NCBI GenBank assembly: GCA_963737655.1 | Contig: CAVTTN010000002.1 | Span: 3,872,001 to 3,936,000 of the forward strand | Direction: 5' to 3' | DNA length: 64,000 nt | Source: an uncultured Planctomycetota bacterium | Lineage (GTDB): Bacteria > Planctomycetota > Planctomycetia > Isosphaerales > Isosphaeraceae | Part shown: positions 10,219 to 20,107 of the stretch, one piece after another | Layout: the number at the start of each line of letters is the position of its first letter | Position numbering within the stretch: the stretch's first letter is position 1 | Notes under the pieces: generated by a model | Seen by the model: only the letters and a program-made list of their open reading frames with translations | The model's database searches: none | Told to the model about the DNA's origin: nothing | Position numbers and translations under genes: made by a program

Positions 10219-11106
10219 TCACGGCTTGGATTTCTTCGCCGCGTCGCGACGGAGCCGGCGAATCGCGTCCTGGGCGATCGGTCCGAACTTCGAACGGAGG
10301 ATCGGCGCGCCGTCGAACCACGCCTCGGGCTCGACGAAGGCGAAATGCCCCTCGACGAACAGGGCGTTCGGATCGCCCTTGATCCGGCTGATTTTCACGA
10401 AGCTCGCCCCGCCGGGGTAGGGCCTGGACTCACCCCGGGGCTTGCCCGTCGAGCGGTCCAGGGGCTGCCAGCGGTTCGGCAGGGTGGGGTCGCCGTCGAA
10501 CGACCGATCCGCCGACGAGGCGACCACGAGCGACTCCGCCGATCGCGTCGCGACGACGTGATCGGTCGTCTCGAACGCGATCCGGTCCAGAAGCGACGCC
10601 GAGAGGTGAGAATACCACTCGCGGAACGCGTTGGACGCGGGTTCCGGGTGGATTTTCCGCCTGGCAAGTTCATCCCCAGTCAAGAGTTTTGTCTCGAACC
10701 GCATGTTGGCCGCTTCGGTCGGCCGGTCGGCCGAGAGCCGGGCCGCCTCGGCGGGATCGAGCGTCTGGAAGTCCGCGTGGACGACGAAGATCAGCTCGAC
10801 GACTCGTATCGTCGCACCCGGGACCTTTTGATCCCGAGTCTTCAGGACGAACGGGGCCGTGACCGAGTCGCGGAGGAGGTCCCGGGCGGCCGTCTCGCCT
10901 CCGGCGAGCTTGCGGATGGCTTCGGTCTGGGCCTCGGCAGTCATCCCGTCCGTCAATTGGGGTTCGGGAAGGCGGATCTTGGTGCCTCCGGCGTCGAAGC
11001 CGTCGTGCACAAGGGCCGTGAGGATGTGATTGCGAGCGTGCTCCATTTCCATCTCGCTCGGCGAGGGATTTGGAAAGAGCAGCAGGCCGATCAGGACAGG
11101 CGTCAT
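10219..11106 (-). CDS. Hypothetical protein, probably exported
   Basis: 3' part of the 10219..12078 ORF. ATG 11106 begins hydrophobic MTPVLIGLLLF; globular composition follows. Confidence 0.75.
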   Translation of the reverse strand: MTPVLIGLLLFPNPSPSEMEMEHARNHILTALVHDGFDAGGTKIRLPEPQLTDGMTAEAQTEAIRKLAGGETAARDLLRDSVTAPFVLKTRDQKVPGATIRVVELIFVVHADFQTLDPAEAARLSADRPTEAANMRFETKLLTGDELARRKIHPEPASNAFREWYSHLSASLLDRIAFETTDHVVATRSAESLVVASSADRSFDGDPTLPNRWQPLDRSTGKPRGESRPYPGGASFVKISRIKGDPNALFVEGHFAFVEPEAWFDGAPILRSKFGPIAQDAIRRLRRDAAKKSKP

Positions 11107-11220
11107 GGCGCGGTCCTTCCGGTAAGAACGATTCGACGGGCAAGTTTTTCCCGGGTCGGGCCGATGGAAGATCCTGTCCCCGGGCCGCGATGCGCCGGGA
11201 CATTCGGAGGGCCCGCCTCG

Positions 11221-12333
11221 ATGGCTCGCTTTGCTAGCAAGTTTCATACCCTGGGGATGGTCGCGGCGGTCGCCGGCTCGATGGCCGGAGGTTGTTCCCC
11301 GTTGCCGGTTTCGGGCGATTTTCGCGGAGTTTTCCGGGGCGACGCGAACGTGGCCACGACGGTCCAGGGTTCGCTGGAGGTGAAAGTCCCGGCCCTGCCC
11401 GAGCCCGGTCCGCTTCGCGCCGAGGTCGTCCGGGCCTCGCCCGGAGGTCCGGGGCTGACGAGAATTGCCATCATCGACGTGGACGGCCTGATCCTCAACC
11501 AGAATTTCACCGGATTGCTGTCGGCCGGGGACAACCCGGTCTCTGCCTTCCGCGAGAAGCTCCAGGCGGCGGCCGGAGATCCGGCGGTTCGCGCGGTGGT
11601 GCTGAGGGTTAACAGCCCGGGAGGGGGCGTGACCGCCTCGGATATCCTCGCCGAGGAGCTTCGACGGTTCCGCGAGGCGACGGGCAAGCCGGTCGTCGCC
11701 TGCCTGATGGACCTGGCCACCGGGGGGGCTTACTATGTCGCCGTCGGCGCCGATCGCGTGATCGCCCACCCCACGACCATCACCGGCGGGATCGCGGCCA
11801 TCTTCAACATCTTCAACCTCGCCGACGCCGCCGCCACGTTCAACATCACCTCCAGACCGATCAAGGCTGGCGAGCTGGGTGACATGGGCAGCGTGATGGC
11901 CGAGACCGGTGTCGAGGAGACGACCAAGGGACGGGCCCTCCTCCAGACGATCGCCAACTCCTACCGAGATCGGTTCCTCGCCCGGGTCGTCCAGAGAAGG
12001 CCGGCCCTGACCGCATCGGACCGCGCGACCCTGGCCGACGGCCGGGTCGTCCCGGCAAGCCAGGCGCTGTCCCTCCACCTCGTCGATCGGCTCGGCTACC
12101 TGGACGATGCCCTCGCCGAGGCCGAAGGGCTGGCCGGTTGCCCGGGTTCGGAAGTCATCCAGTACCAGAGGCCGGGCGCTCCGTCGCGGTCGGTGTATGC
12201 GATCGCGCCCAACTCGCCGATTCAGGGGGACTTGCTGCCGTTCAGCTATCCGGGACTGGATCGGAGCAAGGTGCCGACCTTCCTCTACCTGTGGGAGCCG
12301 GACCCGACGATCCTCCGGCAGTCCGGCCGATGA
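11221..12333 (+). CDS. S49/SppA-family protein, predicted lipoprotein, catalytic residues missing
   Basis: IAIIDVDG, VRAVVLRVNSPGGGVTASD, KPVVA, AYYVAVGADRVIAHPTTITG, LVDRLGYLDDA; N-terminal lipobox-like MAGGC. Confidence 0.9.
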   Translation: MARFASKFHTLGMVAAVAGSMAGGCSPLPVSGDFRGVFRGDANVATTVQGSLEVKVPALPEPGPLRAEVVRASPGGPGLTRIAIIDVDGLILNQNFTGLLSAGDNPVSAFREKLQAAAGDPAVRAVVLRVNSPGGGVTASDILAEELRRFREATGKPVVACLMDLATGGAYYVAVGADRVIAHPTTITGGIAAIFNIFNLADAAATFNITSRPIKAGELGDMGSVMAETGVEETTKGRALLQTIANSYRDRFLARVVQRRPALTASDRATLADGRVVPASQALSLHLVDRLGYLDDALAEAEGLAGCPGSEVIQYQRPGAPSRSVYAIAPNSPIQGDLLPFSYPGLDRSKVPTFLYLWEPDPTILRQSGR

Positions 12334-13404
12334 GCGAGGCGAACGCCGAGGGATTGACGGGAGGGCGGCTCGTCCTGGTGACCGGGGCCGGCGGATTCGT
12401 CGGCGGCCATGTGGCGAGGGGGCTGGCCGAGGCCGGCTATCGGGTCCGGGGGTTGGTCCGGCGTCCCCCGCCGATTCAGGCCGGCGACCCGGAGATCGCC
12501 TGGAGTTTTGGCGACCTGCGCGACCCCAACGACCGGTGCCGGGCCCTGGAGGGCGTCTGGGGGGTGGTCCACTGCGGAAGCTGGGTCCGCCTGGGCCACG
12601 ATCCTCGAGGACTCAGTCGGTCGGTGAACGTCGAGGCGACGCGAGGGCTCCTGGCCGATAGTCGCGAGGCGGGCGTCTGCCGGTTCGTCTATACCTCCAC
12701 GCTCCAGACCCTCGCCGCCGGGACCGCCGAATCCCCGGCCGATGAGGACCGGCCCTGGAACCTGGAGACGGTCCGCTCGCCTTATACCGAGACCAAACGA
12801 GAGGCCGAGGCGCTGGTCCTCCAGGAAGGACAGGCCGGTTCGATGGGAACCCTGGCCCTTTGCCCGGCCATGACGTTAGGACCGAGGGACGCCGGCCCCA
12901 CCTCGACCCGGGTGATCCTGGAGATGAGCCGGGCCCGGGTGGTCACTCTGCCGGGAGGCGGGATTCCGATCGTGGATGCCCGGGTGCTGGCGGTCGCTCA
13001 TCGTCGGGCCCTGGAATCGGAGGCTCTCGGGCCTGCGGTTCGCGGTCGCCGGGCCGTATCTGTCGTTCCGAGAGATCGCCGAGATGGTGGCGAGGGTCTC
13101 GGGACGGCCGTGGCGGATTATCCGCCTCGGGGACCGATGGCAACGGCCCCTGACCGGGTTCGCCGATCTGATCGACCGGACCCTCGGCGGGCGATGGCTC
13201 GCGGCCTCGGCGGCGATCGTGGCCGGCGGCTTCCTGAGACTTCACGTCAGCGGCGCCCGGGCCGATTCCGCGTTCGGCCTGGTCCATCCCGAGCCATTCG
13301 ACACGATCCGCGACACCCTCGAAGACGCGAAGAAAGCGGGTCGGGCCCCCTGGCTCCGCCGCCTCGGCCGGCCGGGCCCGGCGTCGATGCCGGAATCGCC
13401 CTGA
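12330..13404 (+). CDS. NAD-dependent epimerase/dehydratase (extended SDR, HpnA/DFR-like); frameshift near 13020-13035
   Basis: VLVTGAGGFVG, YTST, YTETK (YxxxK). C-terminus continues in the 12976..13404 frame (RFAVAGPYLSFREIAEMV). ATGA overlap with S49 gene. Confidence 0.85.
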
Positions 13405-13480
13405 AGGTTCCCGATCCCCACACGCAGCGGAAACCGGCTCGTCGTCCGCGACATGCCCCTCCCCTCCGGGCCGAGGATTC

Positions 13481-15433
13481 TCAGGGCGTCGCCGTCAATC
13501 GATCGGAGAGCAGCGTGCCGAGCCTCGTCCAGTCGATGGGCTTGCTCACGTGGGCGTCGCAGCCGAGGCGCAGGCATTCGTCGCGGTCCTCGGTCATGGC
13601 ATAGGCCGTCAGGGCGACCAGGAAGCCGCGAAATCCGCGGCCTCGGAGCAGCCGGGTGGCCTCGTAGCCGTCCATCACGGGCATCTGCATGTCCATCAGG
13701 ATGGCGTGGAACGGCCGTCCGGCCGCCTGGGACTCTTCCACTCGGGCGAGGGCTTCCTGGCCGTTCCGGGCGGTGACGACCTCAGCCCCGGCGGCCTGGA
13801 GGCGGAGGTGGGTGACCTTGAGGATCGCCGGGTTGTCCTCGGCGAGCAGGATGCGGCCCCGCAACGGAGGGAGCTGGCCGCCGTGACCGGAGAGGCCGGG
13901 GACGGAACGGGCTTCCGCCGGCACCGAAACCAGGCGATTCCCGATAGCCCGCCCCGCCGGCATGCGCAGGAGGAACGAGCTACCTCGTCGCGGGGTACTC
14001 GTGACCTCGATCGTCCCGCCGAGCAGGGAGGCCAGCCGCCGGCTGATCGCCAGGCCGAGACCCGTCCCATTCGCCCCTCCCTGGGCCGGGCGGACCGGTC
14101 GGGAGAACGGCTCGAACAACCGAGCTCGCTCCTCTTCCGAGATCCCCGGGCCGGTGTCCTGGACCTCGAAGGCTACCTCCCCTAGCTCCTCGTCGAGCGA
14201 CAGGACGACGTTGACCGACCCGGACTCCGTGAACTTGACCGCGTTGCCGACGAGGTTGATGAGGATCTGACGGAGCCGGACCGGGTCGGTCGAGATCGTC
14301 TCGGGGATCGGGTTGGCGAAGCTCAGGGCCAGTTGGAGGCCCTTGGCCTCGGCCCGGGACCGCAGGGCCGTGACGACCTGGGACGCAATGCCGGCGGCCG
14401 AGCAATCCGAAAGCTCGACCTTGAGCTTCCCCGCCTCGATCCGGGAGATATCCAGGATGTCGTCGATCAGCGCGAGTAAATGCGCGCCGCTCTGGGCGAT
14501 CGTCCGCAGGTCGTCCTGGCGATCGGTCGGGAATTCGGTCGTCCTGGGGTCGTCCAGGATGAGCTGGGTGGACCCGAGGATGGCGGTCATCGGTGTTCGA
14601 ATCTCGTGGCTGACCTGGGCGAGAAACTGGCTCTTGGCGCGGTCGGCGGCCTCGGCGACCTCGGCCTGGCGGACGGCCTCGGCCGTCTTCCGGGCGGCCG
14701 TGACGTCGCGGGCGATCCCGGAAATCGCCGCCGAGGGGCTGGGGTCAAGCCGGCTGGTCGAGAGGAATTCCAGGGTCAGAACCGTTCCCTCCGCCCCCAG
14801 GATTCGCAGATCCACGGGCGGCGGAGACTCGCCGGAGAGGGCCCCGGCGATCAGGGCTTCGGCCGCCTCGCGATCCTCGGGCCGGACCAGATCGGGCAGC
14901 CTCCGACCGATCCATTCCTCGTCGAGACGCCCGGTCATCGCGCGGAATTGCGGATTCAGGGAGGTCATCCGCCCGTCGGCCGAGGCCGTCCAGATCAGGA
15001 CCCTGGCCGTCTCGACGAGCAGTCGATAGCGCCTCTCCGAGTCCCGGAGGGCCGCCTCGGCGCGGACCCTCTCGCTCTGGTCGCGGACGACGACCAGCCC
15101 GAGAGGATCGGGCAGCGTGTGGATCCGGCTCACGCTCACATTCACGGGGATCGAAGCGCCCCGGTCGCAGTTCAGGACGAATCCGTCCCGGGCGTGGTAG
15201 AAGCCGGTCCGCCGATACGCCTCGATCAGCTCCTCGATCCCGCGAGGCCCGTCGCCTCGAAAGAGGTCCCAGACGGTCATGGCGCAGGCCCGATCGCGGG
15301 CGAACCCGGTCAGCCTCATGGCGGCCGGGTTGAGGTCCAGGACCCGATGATCGGCGGGGTCGAAGAGGAACAGCGCGTCGTTCGACTCCCGGAACAGGCA
15401 CCGCGCGATCTCCTGGTGCCTTTCGGCGTCCAT
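13481..15433 (-). CDS. PAS-PAS hybrid histidine kinase/response regulator
   Basis: Two PAS domains, SHEIRTPM, LRQILINLVGNAVKFT, DTGPGI, GTGLGL, receiver ILLAEDN...MDMQMP...SKP. Confidence 0.95.
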   Translation of the reverse strand: MDAERHQEIARCLFRESNDALFLFDPADHRVLDLNPAAMRLTGFARDRACAMTVWDLFRGDGPRGIEELIEAYRRTGFYHARDGFVLNCDRGASIPVNVSVSRIHTLPDPLGLVVVRDQSERVRAEAALRDSERRYRLLVETARVLIWTASADGRMTSLNPQFRAMTGRLDEEWIGRRLPDLVRPEDREAAEALIAGALSGESPPPVDLRILGAEGTVLTLEFLSTSRLDPSPSAAISGIARDVTAARKTAEAVRQAEVAEAADRAKSQFLAQVSHEIRTPMTAILGSTQLILDDPRTTEFPTDRQDDLRTIAQSGAHLLALIDDILDISRIEAGKLKVELSDCSAAGIASQVVTALRSRAEAKGLQLALSFANPIPETISTDPVRLRQILINLVGNAVKFTESGSVNVVLSLDEELGEVAFEVQDTGPGISEEERARLFEPFSRPVRPAQGGANGTGLGLAISRRLASLLGGTIEVTSTPRRGSSFLLRMPAGRAIGNRLVSVPAEARSVPGLSGHGGQLPPLRGRILLAEDNPAILKVTHLRLQAAGAEVVTARNGQEALARVEESQAAGRPFHAILMDMQMPVMDGYEATRLLRGRGFRGFLVALTAYAMTEDRDECLRLGCDAHVSKPIDWTRLGTLLSDRLTATP

Positions 15434-15500
15434 CAGGCGTTCTCTTGGAGCCCTGGGGATCATGGTCGTCCGGGTGGGTCGGGACACTCGCGAGCAGGGT

Positions 15501-16742
15501 TCACCGGCCGGCGGGCCTGGCTCGGTCCTCGGCCTTGAGCTCCTCGAGGAGGAGTCGTTCGGCCTCGCGGTTGTTCTTCTCGGCGGCGATCCGGCCCGCC
15601 TCGCCGGTGGGCTTTCCCTGATCGACCCAGAGTTGATAGGCCTTCTTCTCGACCTCTTCCTTGATCTCCGCCTCCGCCCGGAACCAGAACTCCCTGGACC
15701 GGTCCTCGCCTTGAGGCCGACCCGCCTTGATCCAGAGCGCATTGGAGCGGAGCTGCACCAGCCGATGGCGTTCGTCGGACCCCGGGTAAGCAGGCGGCTT
15801 GGCCGCGGAGTCGGCGCCGGTCGATAAGGGGAGGGTTGCCGGCGCCTCCCGGCGAAGAATCCAGGCCAGGCCGGCTACCACCAGGGCCAGGAGAAGGGTC
15901 AGGGCCGCGGCGAACTTCCACGCGAGCCCCGATCTCGAGTCCCGAGGCTCGAGGGCCTCGCGGAGTTCCCCCCAGAACTCGGGGACGCCCGGGAAGCGGT
16001 CCTTGGGCTCTTCCTGCAGCGCCTTCATCAGGATCGCATCGACCCGAGGAGAGAGCCGGGGGTTGTGGACCGACGGCGGCTTGAAGATCCCCAGCGGCCT
16101 CTGCCCGGTCAGCATCTCGTAAGCCAGCGCCGCGAGCGAGTATTCGTCGGCCCGATGGTCCACCGGCAGTTGATATTGCTGTTCGGGGGCGACGTACCCG
16201 AGCGTCCCGAGCCTCTGGCCGGTGCGGGTCAAGAGGTCGGAGCCGCTCCGCGAGACCGCCACGCCGAAATCGGCGACCTTCGGCACGCCGTCCTGGATCA
16301 GGATGTTCTCGGGCTTGAGGTCTCGGTGGAGGATTCGCCGCGCGTGGAGGTACTCCAGGGCCTCGGCCACCGGGCCCAGGGACTCCACGACCTTCGCCAC
16401 GGGCATGGCCCGGCCTTCGGGCATGATCCGCCGCAAGTCGCCCCCTTCGACGAATTCCAGGACCAGATAAGGGCGTCCATCGACCTCTCCGAAGTCAAAG
16501 ACGGGCAGGACGTGAGGATGTGACAGACCCGCCATAATTTCCGCCTCGCGGCGGAACCGGGCGATCCGCTCCGGGTGGTCGCCGGCCGGGTCGATCGTCA
16601 GCACCTTGATCGCCACCCGACGCCCCAGGTTGAGCTGTCGGGCCGAATACACCCGCCCCATGCCCCCCGAGCCGATCGGGCCGAGGATCTCGTAGCCGGG
16701 GATCACCAGATCGAGAATATCCGTCGAAGAGTCCGGGCTCAT
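15501..16742 (-). CDS. Membrane Ser/Thr protein kinase with C-terminal DUF2934-like repeats
   Basis: IGSGGMG, VAIK, HRDLKPEN, DFG, GTLGYVAPE; TM helix FAAALTLLLALVVAGLAWIL. Confidence 0.93.
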   Translation of the reverse strand: MSPDSSTDILDLVIPGYEILGPIGSGGMGRVYSARQLNLGRRVAIKVLTIDPAGDHPERIARFRREAEIMAGLSHPHVLPVFDFGEVDGRPYLVLEFVEGGDLRRIMPEGRAMPVAKVVESLGPVAEALEYLHARRILHRDLKPENILIQDGVPKVADFGVAVSRSGSDLLTRTGQRLGTLGYVAPEQQYQLPVDHRADEYSLAALAYEMLTGQRPLGIFKPPSVHNPRLSPRVDAILMKALQEEPKDRFPGVPEFWGELREALEPRDSRSGLAWKFAAALTLLLALVVAGLAWILRREAPATLPLSTGADSAAKPPAYPGSDERHRLVQLRSNALWIKAGRPQGEDRSREFWFRAEAEIKEEVEKKAYQLWVDQGKPTGEAGRIAAEKNNREAERLLLEELKAEDRARPAGR

Positions 16743-17008
16743 GACATGGTCCCTGACGGGGCGGAAAGATGGGCCGACCCGGCGGACCAGGGGTGCGGAA
16801 ATGAATGGATGGGAGCACCCGCGGCGCCGCTTTCGAATGGACTCTTTCATCCTATCTCGGCACGTGCCCTCTCCGCCAGGGCCCCAGACGGAGACGACGG
16901 CAACGCCCCCCGCCCAGGCCGTGACCGACGGTCTCTCCCTTCCGGCGATCGCTCGCGGTATCCTCGGGAATCCGCCGACCCTCCCTCGACTCCAGGAGAG
17001 CAGAGCCG

Positions 17009-20000
17009 ATGCCTCGGACCCTCGCCCTCGTCACGCTCGCGCTCGCCCTGGCCTCTCCCGCGATTGCCGACGACCCGCCGAAGAAGGCCCCCGCCCCTCT
17101 CGACCAGGCTGCGCAGCGGATGACCGTCCCTCCCGGCTTCCACGTCCAGCTCTTCGCGGGGGAGCCGGACCTCCGCCAGCCGATCGCCTTCACGTTCGAC
17201 GACCGGGGCCGCCTCTGGGTCGCCGAATGCTACTCCTATCCCGTCTGGCTCACGCCGGGGGAGCCGAAGAAGGACCGCGTCCTGATCTTCGAGGACACCG
17301 ACGGCGACGGCAAGTTCGACTCCCGGAAGGTCTTCCTCGAAGATGGCGCGAACCTGACCGGGATCGAGCTCGGGTTCGGCGGCGTCTGGCTCTGCTCCAC
17401 GCCCAACCTGCTCTTCGTCCCCGATCGCGACGGCGACGACCGGCCCGACGGACCGGCCGAGGTCGTCCTCGACGGCTGGAGCACCAAGGCCCAGCACAAC
17501 ATGTTCAATGACCTGATCTGGGCGCCCGACGGCTGGCTCTGGGGCTGCAACGGCATCACCGACACGTCTTACGTCGGCAAGCCCGGCACCCCGAAGGAGA
17601 AGCGCGAGGCGATCAACTGCGGGGTCTGGCGCTATCATCCGACGAGGAAGGTTTTCGAGACCGTCGCCAACGGCACGACGAACCCCTGGGGCCTGGATTT
17701 CGACGACTCGGGCGAGGCGTTCATCACCAATTGCGTGATCCCTCACGTGTATCGAGTCCTCCACGGCGCCCACTTCGAACGGATGTTCGGCCAGGACTTC
17801 AACCCGAACCTCTATGGCCTGATGCCCACCTGCGCCGACCATCTCCACTGGGCCGGGGGCGAGTGGACGACCTCGCGAGGGGGCAAGGGCAAGCACGGAG
17901 AGGCCGGCGGAGGCCACGCCCACGTCGGCGCGATGATCTACCTTGGCGATTCCTGGCCGGACAAGTATCGAGACACCCTCTTCACCTGCAACCTCCACGG
18001 CAATCGCGTCAACAACGACGTGTTGAAGAAAGAAGGCTCGGGCTACGTCGCCAGCCACTGGCCCGACTTCCTGATGGCCAATGATGAATGGTTCCGGGGG
18101 ATCGCCCTGAAATACGGCCCCGACGGCTCCACGTTCCTGATCGACTGGTCCGACACCGACGAATGCCACGACACCGACTCCAACGGCCCGGAACGCCACA
18201 CCGGCCGGCTCTACAAGATCACGTACGAGACGCCGAAGCCGTGGTCGGGCGACCTTTCCAGGCTTTCTGATCTGGAATTGGTCAAGCTGCAACTTCACAA
18301 GAATGACTGGTTCGTCCGACACGCCCGACGCATCCTCCAGGAACGCGCCGTCGACGGGAAGGACCTCGGCGAGGCGAAAAAGGCCCTGGGCGAGATCCTC
18401 GAGAAGAGCCCCGAAACGTCCCGACGGCTCCGGGCGCTTTGGGCATTGAATGCGGTGGGCGGCCTGGACGGTTCGACCCTCTTCGGCCTGATCCGCGACG
18501 ATCGGGACGAGCTGGTCCGGGCCTGGGCCCTCCGCCTGTTCGTCCAGGAGGGCTTCGTCTCGGGCGAGAACCTGAAAGCCGACGCGAAGGCGTCCCTGAA
18601 TTCTCTCGCGGAGCGCGAAAACTCTCCGAGGGTCCGCCTGGAATTCCTCTCCGCAAGCCAGAGGATCGGCCGGACGATCTCCGCTGCCGAGTCCTCGCTG
18701 TTGGCCAATCTGGCCGCTCGCCCGAACGATCAGGCCGACCCGAACGTCGCCCTGATGTCGTGGTACGCGATCGAGCCATTCGTCTCGTCAGGCAATCCGG
18801 CGGCGGTCTCCCGGCTGTTGAAGAACCCCATTCCCCTGGTTCGAAAGAACGGCGGCCGCCGTCTGGCCGAGGTCGCCGACGAGAGGCCCGACGCCCGCGA
18901 GGGGCTTTCGGAACTGGTCGCGGCCCTGGAAGCCTCGGACGATTCCGCCTTCCGACTCGACGTCCTCGCCGGGATCGGGGAGGCCCTGAAAGGCCGCAAG
19001 ACGGCCCGGAAGCCGGATCGCTGGGACGCGGCCTATCCGGCCCTGATCGCCTCGGACAATCCCGAGATCCGCGAATCCGCCATGCTCGTGGCGCTCGTCT
19101 ACAACGACCCGCGAGCCATCGAGGACTTCCGCAAGATCGTCGCCGATCCCAAGGCCGAGACCCCGCGACGTGTCCGAGCCATCGAGGCCCTCGTCGATCA
19201 CCGAACTCCCGGCCTCGGTGCCGAGCTTCGCGGCCTGCTCGATCAGGACGCCGTGAGGGGCGCGGCCCTTCGCGGCCTGGCGGCGTTCGAGGACCCCGCG
19301 ACGAACTGGGCCATCCTGAGTCGCTACAAGACGTTCTCCGACGATCAGAAGAACGACGCACTCGCCACCCTCGCCGCCCGGCCGAGCTCGGCGATGGCCC
19401 TCCTGGACGCCATCGCCTCCGGGGCGATCCCGAGGCGAGACCTCTCGGTCGCCCTGGCCCGTCAAATCGGGGCGATTCGCTCGCCGAAGCTCTCGGAGAA
19501 GCTTGAATCGGCCTGGGGTTCGGTCAAGCCGGCCTCGAAGGAGAAGGCCGCGGCCCTCTCGCGATTCAAGGCCGAGCTCGGCCCCGACGCCCTCAAGAAG
19601 GCCGACCCGTCGCGAGGCCGGGCCGTCTTCGCGAAGACCTGCGCCTCGTGCCATCGCCTGTTCGCCGAGGGCGGCGACGTCGGGCCCGAGTTGACCGGAT
19701 CGGACCGCAAGAACCTCGATTACGTCCTGGAAAACGTGCTCGACCCGTCCGCCACCGTCGCGAAGGACTACCGATTGACCAACTTCGCCATGAAGGACGG
19801 CCGGCTCATTTCCGGGATCATCCGCGAGCAATCCCCCCGGGCGATGACCGTCCAGACGGCCAACGAACGGCTGACGATCGCCCGCGACGACATCGAGGAG
19901 ACCCGCCTCACGGACGTCTCGATGATGCCCGAAGGGCTGTTCGAGAAGCTCTCCGAGGAAGAAATCCGCGACCTGGTCGCCTATCTCGCCAGCCCCACCC

Positions 20001-20023
20001 AGGTTCCCGCCCCGCCCCGATGA
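17009..20023 (+). CDS. PVC-type heme-binding CxxCH protein (membrane-bound dehydrogenase-like propeller, HEAT, cytochrome c)
   Basis: Signal peptide, PPGFHVQLFAGEP, NPWGLDFD, HEAT repeats, CASCH...GPELT, SMMPEGL. Confidence 0.92.
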   Translation: MPRTLALVTLALALASPAIADDPPKKAPAPLDQAAQRMTVPPGFHVQLFAGEPDLRQPIAFTFDDRGRLWVAECYSYPVWLTPGEPKKDRVLIFEDTDGDGKFDSRKVFLEDGANLTGIELGFGGVWLCSTPNLLFVPDRDGDDRPDGPAEVVLDGWSTKAQHNMFNDLIWAPDGWLWGCNGITDTSYVGKPGTPKEKREAINCGVWRYHPTRKVFETVANGTTNPWGLDFDDSGEAFITNCVIPHVYRVLHGAHFERMFGQDFNPNLYGLMPTCADHLHWAGGEWTTSRGGKGKHGEAGGGHAHVGAMIYLGDSWPDKYRDTLFTCNLHGNRVNNDVLKKEGSGYVASHWPDFLMANDEWFRGIALKYGPDGSTFLIDWSDTDECHDTDSNGPERHTGRLYKITYETPKPWSGDLSRLSDLELVKLQLHKNDWFVRHARRILQERAVDGKDLGEAKKALGEILEKSPETSRRLRALWALNAVGGLDGSTLFGLIRDDRDELVRAWALRLFVQEGFVSGENLKADAKASLNSLAERENSPRVRLEFLSASQRIGRTISAAESSLLANLAARPNDQADPNVALMSWYAIEPFVSSGNPAAVSRLLKNPIPLVRKNGGRRLAEVADERPDAREGLSELVAALEASDDSAFRLDVLAGIGEALKGRKTARKPDRWDAAYPALIASDNPEIRESAMLVALVYNDPRAIEDFRKIVADPKAETPRRVRAIEALVDHRTPGLGAELRGLLDQDAVRGAALRGLAAFEDPATNWAILSRYKTFSDDQKNDALATLAARPSSAMALLDAIASGAIPRRDLSVALARQIGAIRSPKLSEKLESAWGSVKPASKEKAAALSRFKAELGPDALKKADPSRGRAVFAKTCASCHRLFAEGGDVGPELTGSDRKNLDYVLENVLDPSATVAKDYRLTNFAMKDGRLISGIIREQSPRAMTVQTANERLTIARDDIEETRLTDVSMMPEGLFEKLSEEEIRDLVAYLASPTQVPAPPR

Positions 20024-20107
20024 ACTCCGGGTCCCATAGGAGAGATCGCCGCGACATGATAGGCTCGGCCGCGAGACGGATCGACCGGATCACGGAGGAT
20101 CGTTTCG

